Positions 12,401 to 27,524 of a DNA stretch of 64,000 bases are shown here, piece by piece. Source of the stretch: Ranitomeya imitator (taxonomy: Eukaryota). Position numbers and translations under genes: made by a program. A model generated the notes under the pieces. The model was not told the origin of the DNA, did not search any database, and saw nothing but the letters and a program-made list of their open reading frames with translations. The first letter of the stretch is position 1, and the number at the start of each line of letters is the position of its first letter. The DNA is taken from the NCBI RefSeq assembly GCF_032444005.1, contig NC_091288.1, positions 44,826,001 to 44,890,000 on the forward strand, given 5' to 3'.

Positions 12401-15400
12401 TGTAAAACCTTCAGCTTGCACTTTTTCAGGTCGTCTATTGTGGATTATGATGTGTGTTTAGGATCATTATCCATTTGCAGAAACCATCCTCTTTTAAACT
12501 TCAGGATTTTTTATAGATGGTGTTATGTTTGCATCAAGAATTTGTTGAAATGTAATTGAATCCATTCTTCCCTCTACCCGTGAAATGTTCCCCGTGCAAT
12601 TTGCTGCAACACATTCCCTAGGCGTAATTGATCCAACCCCCTTGCTTAGTGGCTGACGAGATGTTCTTATCCTGAAATTATGTGCCCTTTTATCTTCACA
12701 CAAACATTGGACCATTGTGCCCAAAGAGTTCTATTTTACTTATTACAGGGTATTTACCCATTTTGTTATTAGTTTTTAAATGTTTTTATGTTCAGTAATT
12801 ACTAGCAATGAGCAAATGTGCTCAGATAAGGCGTTATCTGAGCATGCTCGGGTGCTAGCAGAGTGACTCCGGCGTGCTCAAATAATATGTTCTGAGTCCC
12901 CATGTCTGCCTGGTTGTTCAATAGGTACAACCCATGCAGGGATTTCCTGTTGTTAGGAAATTACTGCATGTGTTGCAGCTGTCGAACGGCCACGAGACAT
13001 GCAGCCACAGGGACTCAAACATATTTTTCCAGCATGCCAAAGACACTCGGTTAGCACCCGAGCATGCTCAGATAACACCTTATTTGAGCACGTTTATTCA
13101 CTAGTGATTAAGCATTTATGTTGTAAAATCAGCTATTTGGGTTTCAAACTTCTCCTACCTTCATTTTTTGACATAGGAAAAAATACTTCCTGTGAGCCAT
13201 ATTAAATCTCATTGCACCAATACATCCAACTCATTTTGTGTGGCAATGCAAGATATTACATAGCAATTTTGCTTTCCTATTCTTTTCTGTTTCTCCACTC
13301 TGTAAATAAAAATGCCTTTAAAGCAGGGGTGCACAACTCCAGTCCTCATGAGCCACCAACAGTGCATGTTTTCAGGATTTCCTTAGTATTTCACATGTGA
13401 TAATGCCATCACTTGCACAGGTGATGATTCCAATACCTTGTGAAATGCTAAAGAAATCCTGGAAACATGACCTGTTGGTGGCTCATGAGGACTGGAGTTG
13501 TGCATCCCTGCATTAAAGTCCCTGAAGGAAGTTGAATCTCCTCTAAAAATGTCCTTGTCATCTTAATGAGTTCTCGACGGACACTTGTCACTTGCCTATG
13601 GTCAGCTTCAGGCTCTCTTTCCATCATATTTAGTTGGAAAGTTGGACACAAAAAGTTTCTCACTGTTATCCTGTGACATGGCCTTACATATTTTTGAACT
13701 GTTGCCTTTCACTATTATCTTGTCTGTGATGATAATGAGACTGCTGAAAAGTTATCTGTACAGGACAGGAAGTTGGAATTTAGTATTAGGCCTAGTAGCC
13801 AGTGTGAAAACTGCATATGTTTTTTTAATATAGTGATAATGAAAATTTTAAAAATACAAGTTTCTCTTTTTAAATACAAATAATAACAAAAATAGTTTAC
13901 ATTTTCTGATTACATATTCCCTATAAAAGCTATATACTGTTTTTGACAGTATACATTTTACAAAAAGCCATATTTTCCAGAATAGAGATTTTTTGTGATT
14001 CATAAAAATGTTATTTTTCTTTTACAAATGTTTTTTCCATATGTTTCAAATTTTTTTTTGCAAAGTGGTAGACAACTTGCCACTCTCTTGCTGAACCATA
14101 GAGGGCCAGCAAAAGGTTAAAAAAAAAACCAAACTAATGCTCTCATCACCGCTCACTCGTCTGGCCGATCTGTCTGCTCACTGCCCGCCATCCAGGAAGA
14201 TTGGAAGGTGGACAGTGAGCAGTAGATTCAGCAGGTGAGCGGTGAGCAGTGAAGTGAATATTACGCTTTTTACAAAAAAAATGAAAAATTGTAAATTCTG
14301 CTCACCACTCCTGTGTAGACAGGATTCGCTGGTCTGACTTCCAGGTCAAATAGCTTTCAATGGTCCAAAAAGAGATGTTCTCCACCATCAAAGGAAAGTA
14401 GTTAAAATCAAATAGGATAAAAAAATATTGGCAGAATGTGCACATATTAAAAAAACCTATAACGCCTATGAGTTGCAGGTAGAAAAACCCATAATCATTA
14501 TTATTATTTTTGCTTGTTTTTTACATCCTGTATTTATCATGCTTTGGAGGTCTGTAGAGACCTCAGATCATGATAAAGAACATTCAATTAGTGGAAAAGA
14601 ACTTTGCTGTGAATTGAATTTCTTAGGAAAATCTTCGCGGTTTGGTGAATTCGAATTTTGTCGCATCCCCTTATCTCTAGTATTGACAAGTATAATCTAC
14701 CATGGCATTCAATACACATAGACTTTTTTTTCCAATGAAAACCAATGATCGACGTAAACAACTCTATTGGCAGGCGATTGCATAAATTTATTGTCTACAG
14801 TTGAGTATTTTTTTTAGAAAAAGAACAATTGATACTGCATAATCCTAAGTGGTGTGAATAGAGCCTATATGACATGTAAGAGTTTGGGCACCCCGGTCAA
14901 AATTACTGTTAGTGTAAACAGTTAAGCAAGATGAAAATTAAATGATCTCTAAAAAGACTAAAGTTAAAGAGGACACATTTCCTTTGTATTTTAGGCAAAA
15001 AAAAAATTACACTTTAAGAATTACAAAAAAGAAAACGGGCTGATTGAAGATTTGTCTGCCCATATAACTTTGACCAATGTTTCAGACCCTAATTAGCCTG
15101 TTAGGGTTATGGCTTGTTCACTATCATCGTTCGGAAAGGACAGACAATGGGAATTTCAAAGCTTTATAAAAATCCAGCCTCTCTAACCTTTTTCCAAAAA
15201 AAACTGCAGCCAGGAGTTCTTCTAAGCAGCTGCCTAGCACTCTGAAAATGAAAATAGTAGAGACTCACAAAGCAGGAGAAGGCTATAAAAAGATAGCAAA
15301 GCGATTTCAAGTTGCCCTTTCCATAGTTTGAAATGTAATTAAGAAATGGCAGTTAACAGGAACAGTGGAGGTAAAGATAAGGTCTGGAACACCAAGCAAA

Positions 15401-18400
15401 ATTTTAGTGAGGGCTGCTCGTAGGATTGCTACAGAGGCCAATCAGAACACCCACTTGACTGCAAAAGACCTTCAGAAAGAGTTGTAAGACACTAGTGTTG
15501 TGGTACATTGTTCTTCTGTTCAGAGACACCTTCACAAATATGTCCTTCATGGAAGAGTGGAAGAGTCATCAGAAGAAAACCTCACCTGCGTCCTCAGCAT
15601 AAAATTCAGTGTCAGAAGTATGCAAAACATCTAAACAAGCCTGATGCATATTGGAAACAATATTGTGTACTGATGAGGTTAAAATAGAACTCTTTGGGCA
15701 CAATGGTCCAATGTTTGTGTGAAGAAAAAAGGGCACATAATTTCAGGATAAGAAGTTAAGAACATCTCGTCAGCCACTAAGCAAGGGGGTTGGATCAATT
15801 ACGCCTAGGGAATGTGTTGCAGCCAATTGCACAGGGAACATTTCACGGGTAGAGGGAAGAATGGATTCAATTACATTTCAACAAATTCAAGATGCAAACC
15901 CACCTGTCCCCCCGCTATTCCCCAGCTCCTCCCCTCTGTCAATCCCTTCACTGGCTCCCCGTTGCCCAGAGACTCCAGTACAAAACCCTAACCATGACAT
16001 ACAAAGCCATCCACAACCTGTCTCCTCCATACATCTGTGACCTCGTCTCCCGGTACTTACCTACACGCAACCTCCAATCCTCACAAGATCTCCTTCTCTA
16101 CTCCCCTCTTATCTCCTCTTCCCACAATCGTATACAAGATTTCTCTCATGTACCACCCCTACTCTGGAACCCTCTACCACAACACATCAGACTCTCGCCT
16201 ACCATTGAAACCTTCAAAAAGAGCCTGAAGACTCACCTCTTCCGACAAGCCTTTAACCTGCAGTAACCACCGATCAACCAAACCGCTCCGTGACCAGCTC
16301 TACCCTCACCTACTGTATCCTCACCCATCCCTTGTAGATTGTGAGCCTTCACGGGCAGGGTCCTCATTCCTCCTGTACCAGTTGTGACTTGTATTAAGAT
16401 TATTGTACTTTTTTTTATTATGTATACCCCTCCTCACATGTAAAGCGCCATGGAATAAATGGCGCTATAACAATAAATAATAATAATACCAACATGTGCA
16501 TATTGCACGTATATAATAATTTTGCTATGGCTAATTTTTGGTGTTTCAATAACATATATTTCAAAGTTTCTTATTTTCACATGGACTATTGATTTATTAA
16601 ATAATAATTAAAGCAACTGTTAGTCTTTAAGTGCAATCAAGTAAGAATGAAATACTCATAAATCATGCCTTTACATACATGATTGATAATAATGGAACAT
16701 CTTTCTTTACCTTTGCAAATCTTCTCAACTCCATATCCATTTGTTCAACATTTATCTGTTTCCATGGCGTTTTCATCCAGTCCTTAATGCTTGTCTAATG
16801 CAAAAAGCAAAAATTGCAACTTTGTTTGAAACTGGGAAAATGTCACAATGTGGCATGTAATATTCTGCACTCGATAGTTATATAAAATCACGCTGTGTTA
16901 ATAGAACTACAGTGAATATTATTTTTCCATATTGATACTTTTACATTCTCTATAAAATCTTTTAAACCTCCAGATTTCAGAGGAGTTGGAAGTTCTCACT
17001 GTTATTGAAAGTAGATTGTTGACTATAATAATTTAATGATTTCAGTACATTTGCAGACGGTAGAAATGTTACTTCCTTAAGGTCCCCGTGAACATCAGAG
17101 AAATGGCGCAAATGTAGACCATAATGGACAACCATTGACTGCCTCTGACAAATGAATGATTGTTCATTTTGACTATTGGACGACAGACAAATGTTTGTTA
17201 TAGTTCACAAGGCTGATTGGGCATGTTGCCATTTTTTTCTGTAAGTTAAAATCACTGACTGTATAAGAGGGCGAAAAAATCCAACATGGCCGATGTAGTA
17301 TGGGATGGTTCATTACCTGCTGCCATGCAACCATTAGTGATGAGCGAGTGTACTTGTTGCTCGGGTTTTCTCGAGCACGCTCGGGTGATCTCCGAGTGTT
17401 TGTAACTGCTCGGAGATTTAGTTTCCATCCCGGCAACTGAATGATTTACAGATACTATCCAGCTTGATTACATGTGGGGATTCCCTAGCAACCAGGCAAC
17501 CCCCACATGTACTTAGCCTGGGTAATATCTGTCAATCATTCAGCTGAGGCGATGAAAACTAAATCTCCGTCATAAATACCACCCGAGCAACGAGTACACT
17601 CGCTCATCACTAGCAACCATTTATCGGCCCATATTTGTCTCCTGTCATGTGAATGGAGGTCTTTACTCTTTAGTCACATTATTGACAAACTTTTATGACA
17701 TTGGGTTACTATATTACAGACATGTGTATATAAGATGATGCTGTGATCAGGGCTCTAAGTGGGCCACATCATCACTTCCAAGACTCTTTGTTCTCCTTTT
17801 ATGCTAAACACAGTTCTTAATGACATCGGCTGTGTGTTTGGGATTCTTGTCCTGATGGTATTGCATGATGTACAACACAGATCAAAAGTTTGGACACACT
17901 TTCTCATTTAAAGATTTTTCTGTATTTTCATGACTATGAAAATTGTACATTCATACTGAAGGCATCAAAACTATGAATTAACACATGTGGAATTATATAC
18001 TTAACAAAAAAGTGTGAAACAACTGAAATTATGTCTTATATTCTAGGTTCTTCAAAGTAGCCACCTTTTACTTTGATGACTGCTTTGCACACTCTTGGCA
18101 TTCTCTTGATGAGCTTCGAGAGGTAGTCACCGGGAATGGTCTTACAACAATCTTGAAGGAGTTCCCAAAGATGCTTAGCACTTGTTGGCCCTTTTGCCTT
18201 CACTCTGCGGTCCAGCTCACCCCAAACCATCTCGATTGGGTTCAGGTCTGGTGACTGTGGAGGCCAGGTCATCTGGCGTAGCACCCCATCACTCTCCTTC
18301 TTGGTCAAATAGCCCTTACACAGCCTGGAGGTGTGTTTGGGGTCATTGTCCTGTTGAAAAATAAATGATCGTCCAACTAAACGCAAACCGGATAGAATAG

Positions 18401-21400
18401 CCTGCTGCTGCAAGATGCTGTGATAGCCATGCTGGTTCAGTATGCCTTCAATTTTGAATAAATCCCCAACAGTGTCACAAGCAAAGCACCCCCACACCAT
18501 CACACCTCCTCCTCCATGCTTCACGGTGGGAACCAGGCATGTAGAGTCCATCCGTTCACCTTTTCTGCGTCGCACAAAGACACGGTGGTTGGAACCAAAG
18601 ATCTCAAATTTGGACTCATCAGACCAAAGCACAGATTTCCACTGGTCTATTGTCCATTCCTTGTGTTCTTTAGCCCAAACAAGTCTCTTCTGCTTGTTGC
18701 CTGTCCTTAGCAGTGGTTTCCTAGCAGCTATTTTACCATGAAGGCCTGCTGTACAAAGTCTCCTCTTAACAGTTGTTGTAGAGATGTGTCTGCTGCTAGA
18801 ACTATGTGCGGCATTGACCTGGTCTCTAATCTGAGCTGCTGTTAACTTGCAATTTCTGAGGCTGGTGACTCGGATAAACTTATCCTCAGAAGCAGAGATG
18901 ACTCTTGGTCTTCCTTTCCTGGGGCGGTCATTAGGTGAGCAAGTTTCTTTATAGCGCTTGATGGTTTTTGCCACTGCACTTGGGGACACTTTCAAAATTT
19001 GCACAATTTTTCGGACTGACTGACCTTCATTTCTTAAAGTAATGATGGCCACTTGTTTTTCTTTACTAAGCTGTTTTTTTCTTGCCATAATACAAATTCT
19101 AACAGTCTATTCAGTAGGACTATCAGCTTTGTATCCACCAGACTTCTACACAACACAACTGATGGTCCCAACCCCATTTATAAGGCAAGAAATCCCACTT
19201 ATTAAACCTGACAGGTCACACCTGTGAAGTGAAAACCATTCCCGGTGACTACCTCTTAAAGCTCATCAAGAGAATGCCAAGAGTGTGCAAAGCAGTCATC
19301 AAAGCAAAAAGGGGCTACTCTGAAGAACCTAGAATATAAGGCATAATTTCAGTTGTTTCACACGTTTTTGTTAAGTATGTAATTCCACATGTGTTAATTC
19401 ATAGTTGTGATGCCTTCAGTGTGAATGTACAATTTTCTTAGTCATGAAAATACAGAAAAATCTTTAAATGAGAAGGTGTGTCCAAACTTTTGGTCTGTAC
19501 TGTATTTCTCAGCATTGAGGACACATTAATCCTGACCTAACTCACAGCTCCACTTGCTGAAGTGCAGATACAAACTTGTATCTTCCACCATGCTTTACTG
19601 TTGTCTGCAGACACCCATTATTGAAACGCTCTTAGCCGTTCAGTGAACAAACTGCCTTCTGTTACAAACAGACATTTCACGTTTTAATTTATCAGTACAT
19701 AACACCTGTGGCCATTTTTCTGCATCCCAGTTCCTATGTTTTTGTGCATCCTTGTTTCGATTTCAGTATGGATTTCGGCCACAGTTCTTTCATGAAGACC
19801 AATTTTGGCTATAGTACACTGAATAGTAGATGTGTGTAGCTGAGTCCCAACAGTTTCTGGCAGTTCTGAGCAGATGGGCTTTACATACAGAAATTATCCA
19901 TGTTTGATTCTACAAGATATGGATTGTTTTCCCATAATCTTAACTGCTTACATCAATTTTGTGGCCTTGTTTGGCTGTTTCTCATGTTAACTTAGTCACA
20001 TATAAAATCTTGCTGTCGGTGCAATTTCACACCAAGGTAATGACTATGCAATTATAGCAATGATGAAAAGCAAATAGCCAAACTTATCAACGTCAGTGTG
20101 TAATTGGCCAGAGCATGTTGATGTCAACTAATTTAGTAGAATCTCAGCAGCAACTATTTCTATGCAGTTTATTAATTGAGGATGATAAAATATGAGCAAA
20201 TGAAGTGATCCCATTGTGGGTCACACAACCGTATAAAAAAAAAAAAAATCGCCTGATTTTCAGCCTTAAAATCCAAACAATTTTTTCATCATTTTTGTCA
20301 TCTGTTTTAATACATCAGCAGCTAATAACATTTACAAGACCAAATACAGTTTTCAATGTTGATAATCATAATGTTATATGGATGATCCGTATGGGATTCA
20401 TTTTTTTTAGCACACCCAAAGATTTGAATAGTGGAGTCCCATCCAAAATACGGAAAAAATAGTAGATGCTGCAATCTTTTTCCCACGTACGTTTGGTCCG
20501 TGTGACCAATCTTCATTCTTCCCCTGAGTAATCCAGTTTTGTCATTTTTAAAATTCACCATACGGTTCCAGAGATATGAGACTTTTTATTTATTGCTAAT
20601 TTTTACGGTATTTACCAAGGGGCGTGGCACTCAGTGTAATTATGCAGAACAGTCTTAACATACGCCCCCAAGGAACCATGCGAGCCACACCTCCTTATCA
20701 AGACCATAAAAATAATTAAATAAAAATACTCATATCTCTGTATGGTGGATTTGAAAAAAAGACAAAAAAATGATTACTCTGGGAAGCGGCAGGAATAAAA
20801 TAAGAGCAAAAACTGGGAACTTTTGAACTTGTGACGATTTTAAGCATAATACTAAAATTTTGGAGATTCAGTTGAACACTTTTTTAATTTTTTCACAAAA
20901 AATGCCAATCATTAGTTTCACCTTACCCGTACAAATATTACCATATCCCATACAGACTTCAGTAAGATACTGGCAGCCCGGCACTGACGTAGTTGTTTAT
21001 ATTCTGGGATGCCGACTTCAAAAAGGTCTGCTGTGTCCTGCAGTTTTCTCATCTCATCTTCCAGCCTTGAGATATTTCTGTGGGTCTACAGAAAAGAATA
21101 TAGTCATTCCGTCAAAAGAAGCCGCATCTCAGTTGTGACAGTTTGTTTCCAAGAAGTGTGAATTATCTGCTGTTACACTTGACTATGTCGGAAAGTGCTT
21201 GTACTATATTTACAGGGGATGATTCATTGCTCGGATTGCCGAAGTCCTACTTAACACTAACAGTTACAACACTGTCAAACGGTGGCTGGGAATTTCATAG
21301 ACATGTTCCGGATGAGTGGAAGTAATTCATATCTCACTTCTTCCAAGACTATACAGAATATGGTTTTGTCTAGTAGCCAGAAAATAGTTGTATATCAAAT

Positions 21401-24400
21401 GTTAGGTTCCGTACGTGCTTCACGTTTTTCTTTTTTTTTTTTTTTTATAGGCAAAATGTGCTAACATTTGTCACATTTGACACAGACTACATTTTATAGA
21501 TTTTAATGTCTCGCCCTCTTCAGATTTTCAGGCTACTATCTCAGAAATACCATCACACTGAAAAGTCATGTTTAATGTATTTGTCTATATTTGCCCCGTA
21601 TTCACATGTAAAGCGCCATGGAATAAATGGCGCTATAAAAATGTATAATAATAATAATAATAATAAAAAGTTAAAAAAACCTTTGATCTTGTCAAATAAT
21701 ACTTTTATTATAGCATTATTGTAGAGCATACTAGTCCTAGACAAGTAAAACGCCAGGTAGATCGTAAACCAATAAAGGAATAAGTATACACTTTAAAATA
21801 TATATATTTTTTTAAAGGGAACCTGTCACCCCCCTCAGGCGTTTGTAACTAAAAGAGCCACCTTGTGCAGCACTAATGCAGCATTCTGACAAGGTGGCTC
21901 TTTTAGTTATGATGCCTGCACACACAGAAATAAACACTTATAAAATGTGTCCCCTCATACCCTGAAATTGCCAGGGAGGCGGGTCTTTCCTTCCTAAGCC
22001 AGATGCAGCACAGCCGTCACTCCGGGCCTGTGCGCTCCGGGCGCCACCTCCTCTTGCTTTATTATCGTCCCTGGCGCCTGCGTTGTAAGTACGAAGGGCA
22101 GCGCAACTGCGCATGCCCGAAAAAAACTTAATGCGCAGGCGCCGCAGACCAAATATGCATAGTTTTATTTAAGTAGTGGAAATTTTGGGGAAAACTCGTA
22201 AAAGAAAAAAACAAAAGGTTTCTTGTGCCTTAAACTGACATTTTTATTGATACCATTTTGTGGTAGTTACGATATTTTGATAGATCAGACTTTTATGCCA
22301 AATATGCACGTTATGTGTCCTTAAGGGGGTTAAATAAAGCCACTCCCCCACCGCCACCAGAGTAAAGTCATTAAATAACACCCCCTGGTGTAAAATCACG
22401 TTGTAACTTGTAAAATAACACCCGCCTGGAGTATAGTCATATACACCCCTATGATGCTCCCCTGGAGTGTAATATGTTCTTCTGTGGGCATATATAAAAA
22501 AAACCACTGTTGCAAAATTTTGAATGTTTGCGATTTTTCAATTCAATAAAAAAAAAAAAATGAAAATACATGTAAATAAATTGTAAAATATATAAACGAT
22601 GTTTCCTATAACGATGTGTGGAGGTTATTTGTTCTATGAACCCATTTAAAACTTCATAAAAGAAAAAAAAATAGATATAATACCTTATCCAAATGTTTGT
22701 ATGGATCTTCTGCATCAAACTTGAAGATAATTTCATTTTTAAATCGATTTCTAAATTCATGCTGCTTAACCTGGGTGGGAAAAAAATAAATAAATGAAGT
22801 GACGCAATCTATAATCATAAGGATATCACCCAATTGTTTTCATTGCAAAAATCAAAAATTCCGCATCTTGTAAATCAAATATTTTTCTTCCTCGACTCAA
22901 AGGTTAAGAACCGTTTGGAAACTAATTACGCTTTAATGACGCGGATCTGGCAGGTGATGCTCTCCTGCGGAATGAAAATATTTAAAATCTATGTTTTTGA
23001 TCTTACAAGAGTTATGCAGCGTTTGAATTGGAAAAAGATTAGACATAATTGAAGATAAAAGACGCGCGGGGCTTCACTAGCATTTTACTGAAGTGGGCTT
23101 TAAATTATCAGATCCATCCAGAGAGTGCATTACCAAGAAACATTGAATTGTTATCTTTAGACACCCTTTTTTTCTAAGAGTTTACAATTTCTCAGTTCAG
23201 TGAAGCTTAGCTGCAGCCTGTTATCGGAACACAAAAAAAAAAGAGAAAAAAATCATTTGCTTCAGAGAACAGAACTGATCTCACCTCGAAAAGGACACAT
23301 TTCCTCCTGATAACAGATACTTCATTTGCCTGCAGAGGAGACACTTCATGCTTTACTATGAATGCAATCTTTTTCAGATTTTTCCACTTCTCTGGCAATT
23401 CCTAAGAATGGAAAGAAGCAGATAGTTTACCTGGGTCTATTCTGCAGTCAGAATCAATAATGTGGACTGAAGATTACAGCAGCATGGGCCATGTATCGAC
23501 AAAAAAAAAAAAATGAAAAATTGTTAAGAAAAAGAACATATTTTTATTTTTCAGTGTCATCGTTATTATTCTCGATGTTTCTAGACTGGAATGTATCCCT
23601 AATGGCTCGATTTTCTCGTGCGAGTGCGATATTCTATGAGGTTGGACACATGTCCGATATTTTCCGCGGGACAGATCAGCGTCATATCCGATTTTGATCA
23701 AAATGGGCAATACAAGTCAATTGGTTCGTGAAAAAAATCTGACTGTACTCGGATGACATCCAATTTTCACAGACAGACAGAATGGACAAACTTTTTTTTT
23801 TTTTTTCTCCAGTTGCGAGAAAAACTGATTACACTCGGACCATACTCTGATCAAACTCTGATCAGAATAATCGGACCATTTTTTTCGTACCAGGGAACAT
23901 CAGACGTGTGAATGAGACCTTGGAGTGAAATGTATCCTCGGAAAATGTCTTCGTATTTAAAGGGAATCCATCACTTGTTTTTTGTTATACTGTCTGAGAG
24001 CAGCATAATTTAAGGGAGGAGACCCTGATTCCAGCGATATGTCACTTACTGGGCTGCTTGCTGCAGTTTTGAAACAGTCACAGTTTTATCTGCTGCAGAT
24101 CTAGCAGTTCTCTGAATGCTGAGCCCTGAATAACTCCGCCCACACCACTGATTGGCAGCTTTCTGTGTACACTGTGCATAGTCAGAAAGCTGCAAAAGGT
24201 AGAAATCGACCAATCAGTGTTGGGGGCGGGGTTATACAGAGCTCATGAATATGAAGGACTACATGGCGGCAGGTTGACTAGTCCTCTAGTGATAAGTTAA
24301 TATATTTTATACACATTTTCTACTTTTTGGCAGGCATCTTTCATTTTTCACACCAGTCACTGAGCTACTCTTACAATACACTCACACTTCTTGTTCTCTG

Positions 24401-27400
24401 CAGTCATCTCAACATCACAGGCCAGATAGCAATGAAAAGAAACACTCCTATGTATATATAATCTGGTCCGTGTTCTGTTATGAATAAAATATGGCTGCGA
24501 TTTCTCAAATCTTTGCATTCCTGTTTTCTTTACAATTTGCATTCTGGGATCTTGGGTTGTATTAAATAGGAATATTAATTCTTGAAAATAAATACTCAGT
24601 GAAATACTTTTATTAATACAGAAGTGCATTGTACTGCACATTGTACCAGAAATAAGATCATACTGCATTTATGCAAACTATGGGGTTTGGGGATTTTTTT
24701 GGCAAGGGGGGTTGGTTTGGATTAAAAAGTTGAGAGCATATAGCTGCGCTCCACGTTAGAAGCACTGCAACATGGCAGCACTGTATTGAGGCGCCATACG
24801 GCAGCACACAGACTGCTTACAGCCCCGTAGTGCAGGCATTTGTACGGCGTCCATGCACAAGGCTCATAGATTCCCTGCACACAAGAGTTTTACACTGTTC
24901 CTCAGTACAGTAGTCAGTGGCGGACACAGATAGCAGAGGCCCCTGTGCAAGAACAATCTATGGACCCTCCAGTAAGTCATCATAATGCACAATTCCACCG
25001 GCTTTGGAGGAAAGAGTGTCCCCCTTACCTCTTGGGTCCTTGTGTAAGTGCACAGGCTGCACCAATGTTCTGCCCCTGACAGTAATGATATATTTAGAGC
25101 CATGTATAGAAGCCATTACAGCGAGAGACGTCCAAGCTCATTTCATCTAGCCTTACTTGTTGTATTAAAAAGGTTGTTCACTTTTAAATTTAAATAGTCT
25201 TCAGGCTTGCCATATTTAAAGGGAACCTGTCATGTGAAAAAACGCTATTACCGACATGTGATTAATCTGCAGGCTAATAATATTCAAAATCTATGCGGCT
25301 AGCGCACTAAAAACCCGGCTGTTGAGAGGAAATGAACTCCCGGTATATCAGTACAGAGTCAGCTGTCAGTCAGCGCTAGGGTGTGGTTACAGCCACTGCC
25401 CACTATACACTGAGCGGTGACTGAAGACCGGCTGGCCACGCCTCTATGACTGAAAGCCAGAGGCTGGTGAGAAGAAGTTAATTTCCTCCCAGTAGCTGGG
25501 CTTTCAGCGGCCGCACAGTGTCAGCATGCTATTAAACTGCAGATTAACAGCATATCTGCAGGTTAATAGTATTTTTTTACATGACAGGTGCCCTTTAAAA
25601 AGATTAGCTATAATTACAGAACATTTCTCCATGGCATCTTTACTTCCAGACCAGTCTTTGCTGCCACAGTTGCAGTGGCGATGCCATGACTTCATCACGT
25701 GACCACTCCAGCCAATCACTGGGGCATCACAGGCGAGCCCAGTGATAGGCTACAATGGTCACATGCTTCAGATGTGATGTCACCGCTGCAGCTGAACACC
25801 GAGGAAGATGTAGAGAGTCCGAGCTGCAGTGGCGGTCAGTGTGCAAAGCTAGTTTTCTTCTTTTTAAACAAGGCACTCCTATGGACTATTGAAATATAAA
25901 AGTGGACAACCCATTAAAATTTATTGTTTAATTCATTTATTCATTCATTCATTCAAGCATGTAGATTAAAAACTAAACTATTGCAAATATTGACTATACA
26001 TAAATACAAACACATACAAAAATATACAATAAAATATATATTTTTTTTATATTATATACTTTATTTATTTTTCTTCCTACAGCGGCATTTTTTTTTTTGG
26101 CCTGTACCTTTTCGTGATTTGCATTTGGCATCGGATTGAAGGTGAATACAAATGAGACAGTACAATTGTGTAGGGGAGAGGCAGGGAATCACCAATTGTG
26201 GAAATTCAGCTTTTTTGAAAGAATATTACCATAGTGGAACATGTTTTCACGGGAGGCATTTAATCGCTATGACAGAGATCTGAATTCAAAAGCAAGTAAT
26301 CAGTTTCAAAGGTCAGTCACTAAGTTAGCCGCACAGCATAGGTCTGTATATTTGCAAAGAAATTAGACATCAAAAACCTTTCTCCCTTACTACAAAAAAA
26401 AAGCTTTACACAAGGCTTAACTCAGTAGTAAAATTGAGCCCATACAATTTAAAGCAATTTGAAATAATTAGTAAAATAACCCAGGCTCCTAACGAGGTAT
26501 TCTTCTCCTCTCCGGGGCTAGCTTGTGTTTCTGCCCATGGTTTGAGATATTTAGGCGAGGGAATTTTAATGCGTGTATTACATGTGGATTTTCCGCTTAG
26601 CTGCTTTCCATATCATTTGAAATTTGTCCATCATGTTTCATGATATGAAAAAAAAGGAAAAAGTGACATTTTACAAGTGTGGAATGCATTGTCACCAACT
26701 TTAAATACGAGTGAAACATGGGAGACGAGCACGAGATGGAAGAAAAGGGTATTTTGAATAAATACACTTTGGATCACACTGAGAATCTGAATGATTTCAA
26801 TGTTTTGTGTGGTAACTGCATCTCGGAGGATTTAATCTTTATTTATGGGTAGGATTGACACCAGGAGAAAATGACTATTTTTGTGTATGGAGTATCACTA
26901 CCTACAATTAACAATTGTCTATAATTTCTATGAACAATTAAAGAGCCGTTTCAGGAGTCATCGCATATGTCGCAGCATTGCCTACTGATCATAATAACAC
27001 AATAATGCCGGGAAAAAATAAATAAATGTAGCCATCTCACCATTTACATTCGCCTTTTCTGTCCCCCCCCCCCAAAAAAAAAAAAAAAAAAAAAAAAATT
27101 CAGGAATTCCACTATAAATGTTAGCATTCAGAATTGCTTTCACTTAGATCTGTAGCCAGATGTCATATTACAAAGTGTATGCATTATTAAATAAATATCC
27201 TAGACCTAATGAGAACGGTGCTCTTACATAGCAAATTGATTTCTTTTCTTTCCTTTTCTTGCTCAATGTTAAAGGCATTCTCCACTACGCGGACCACCTC
27301 TCCCGAATCCCTATGTATCTCCCCATAGTAAAATAATAACATAACACCTATACTCACCTCCGATGCCGCCACTGCCGTTCTAGCGGTGTCAGCATTGGCT

Positions 27401-27460
27401 CTCCCAGGGATTGCATGACATTCTTATGCCAACTTGTTCATTCCAGGCTTAGAAGACTTG

Positions 27461-27524
<64 letters not shown>

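Larger units (their letters stand above)
17740..20200 (-). mobile_element. Old decayed Tc1 interrupted by the 17873 element
   Basis: Left flank encodes a QDNDPKHTA-like peptide, right flank TVKHGG and LNAEK remnants; outer boundaries approximate. Confidence 0.55.
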
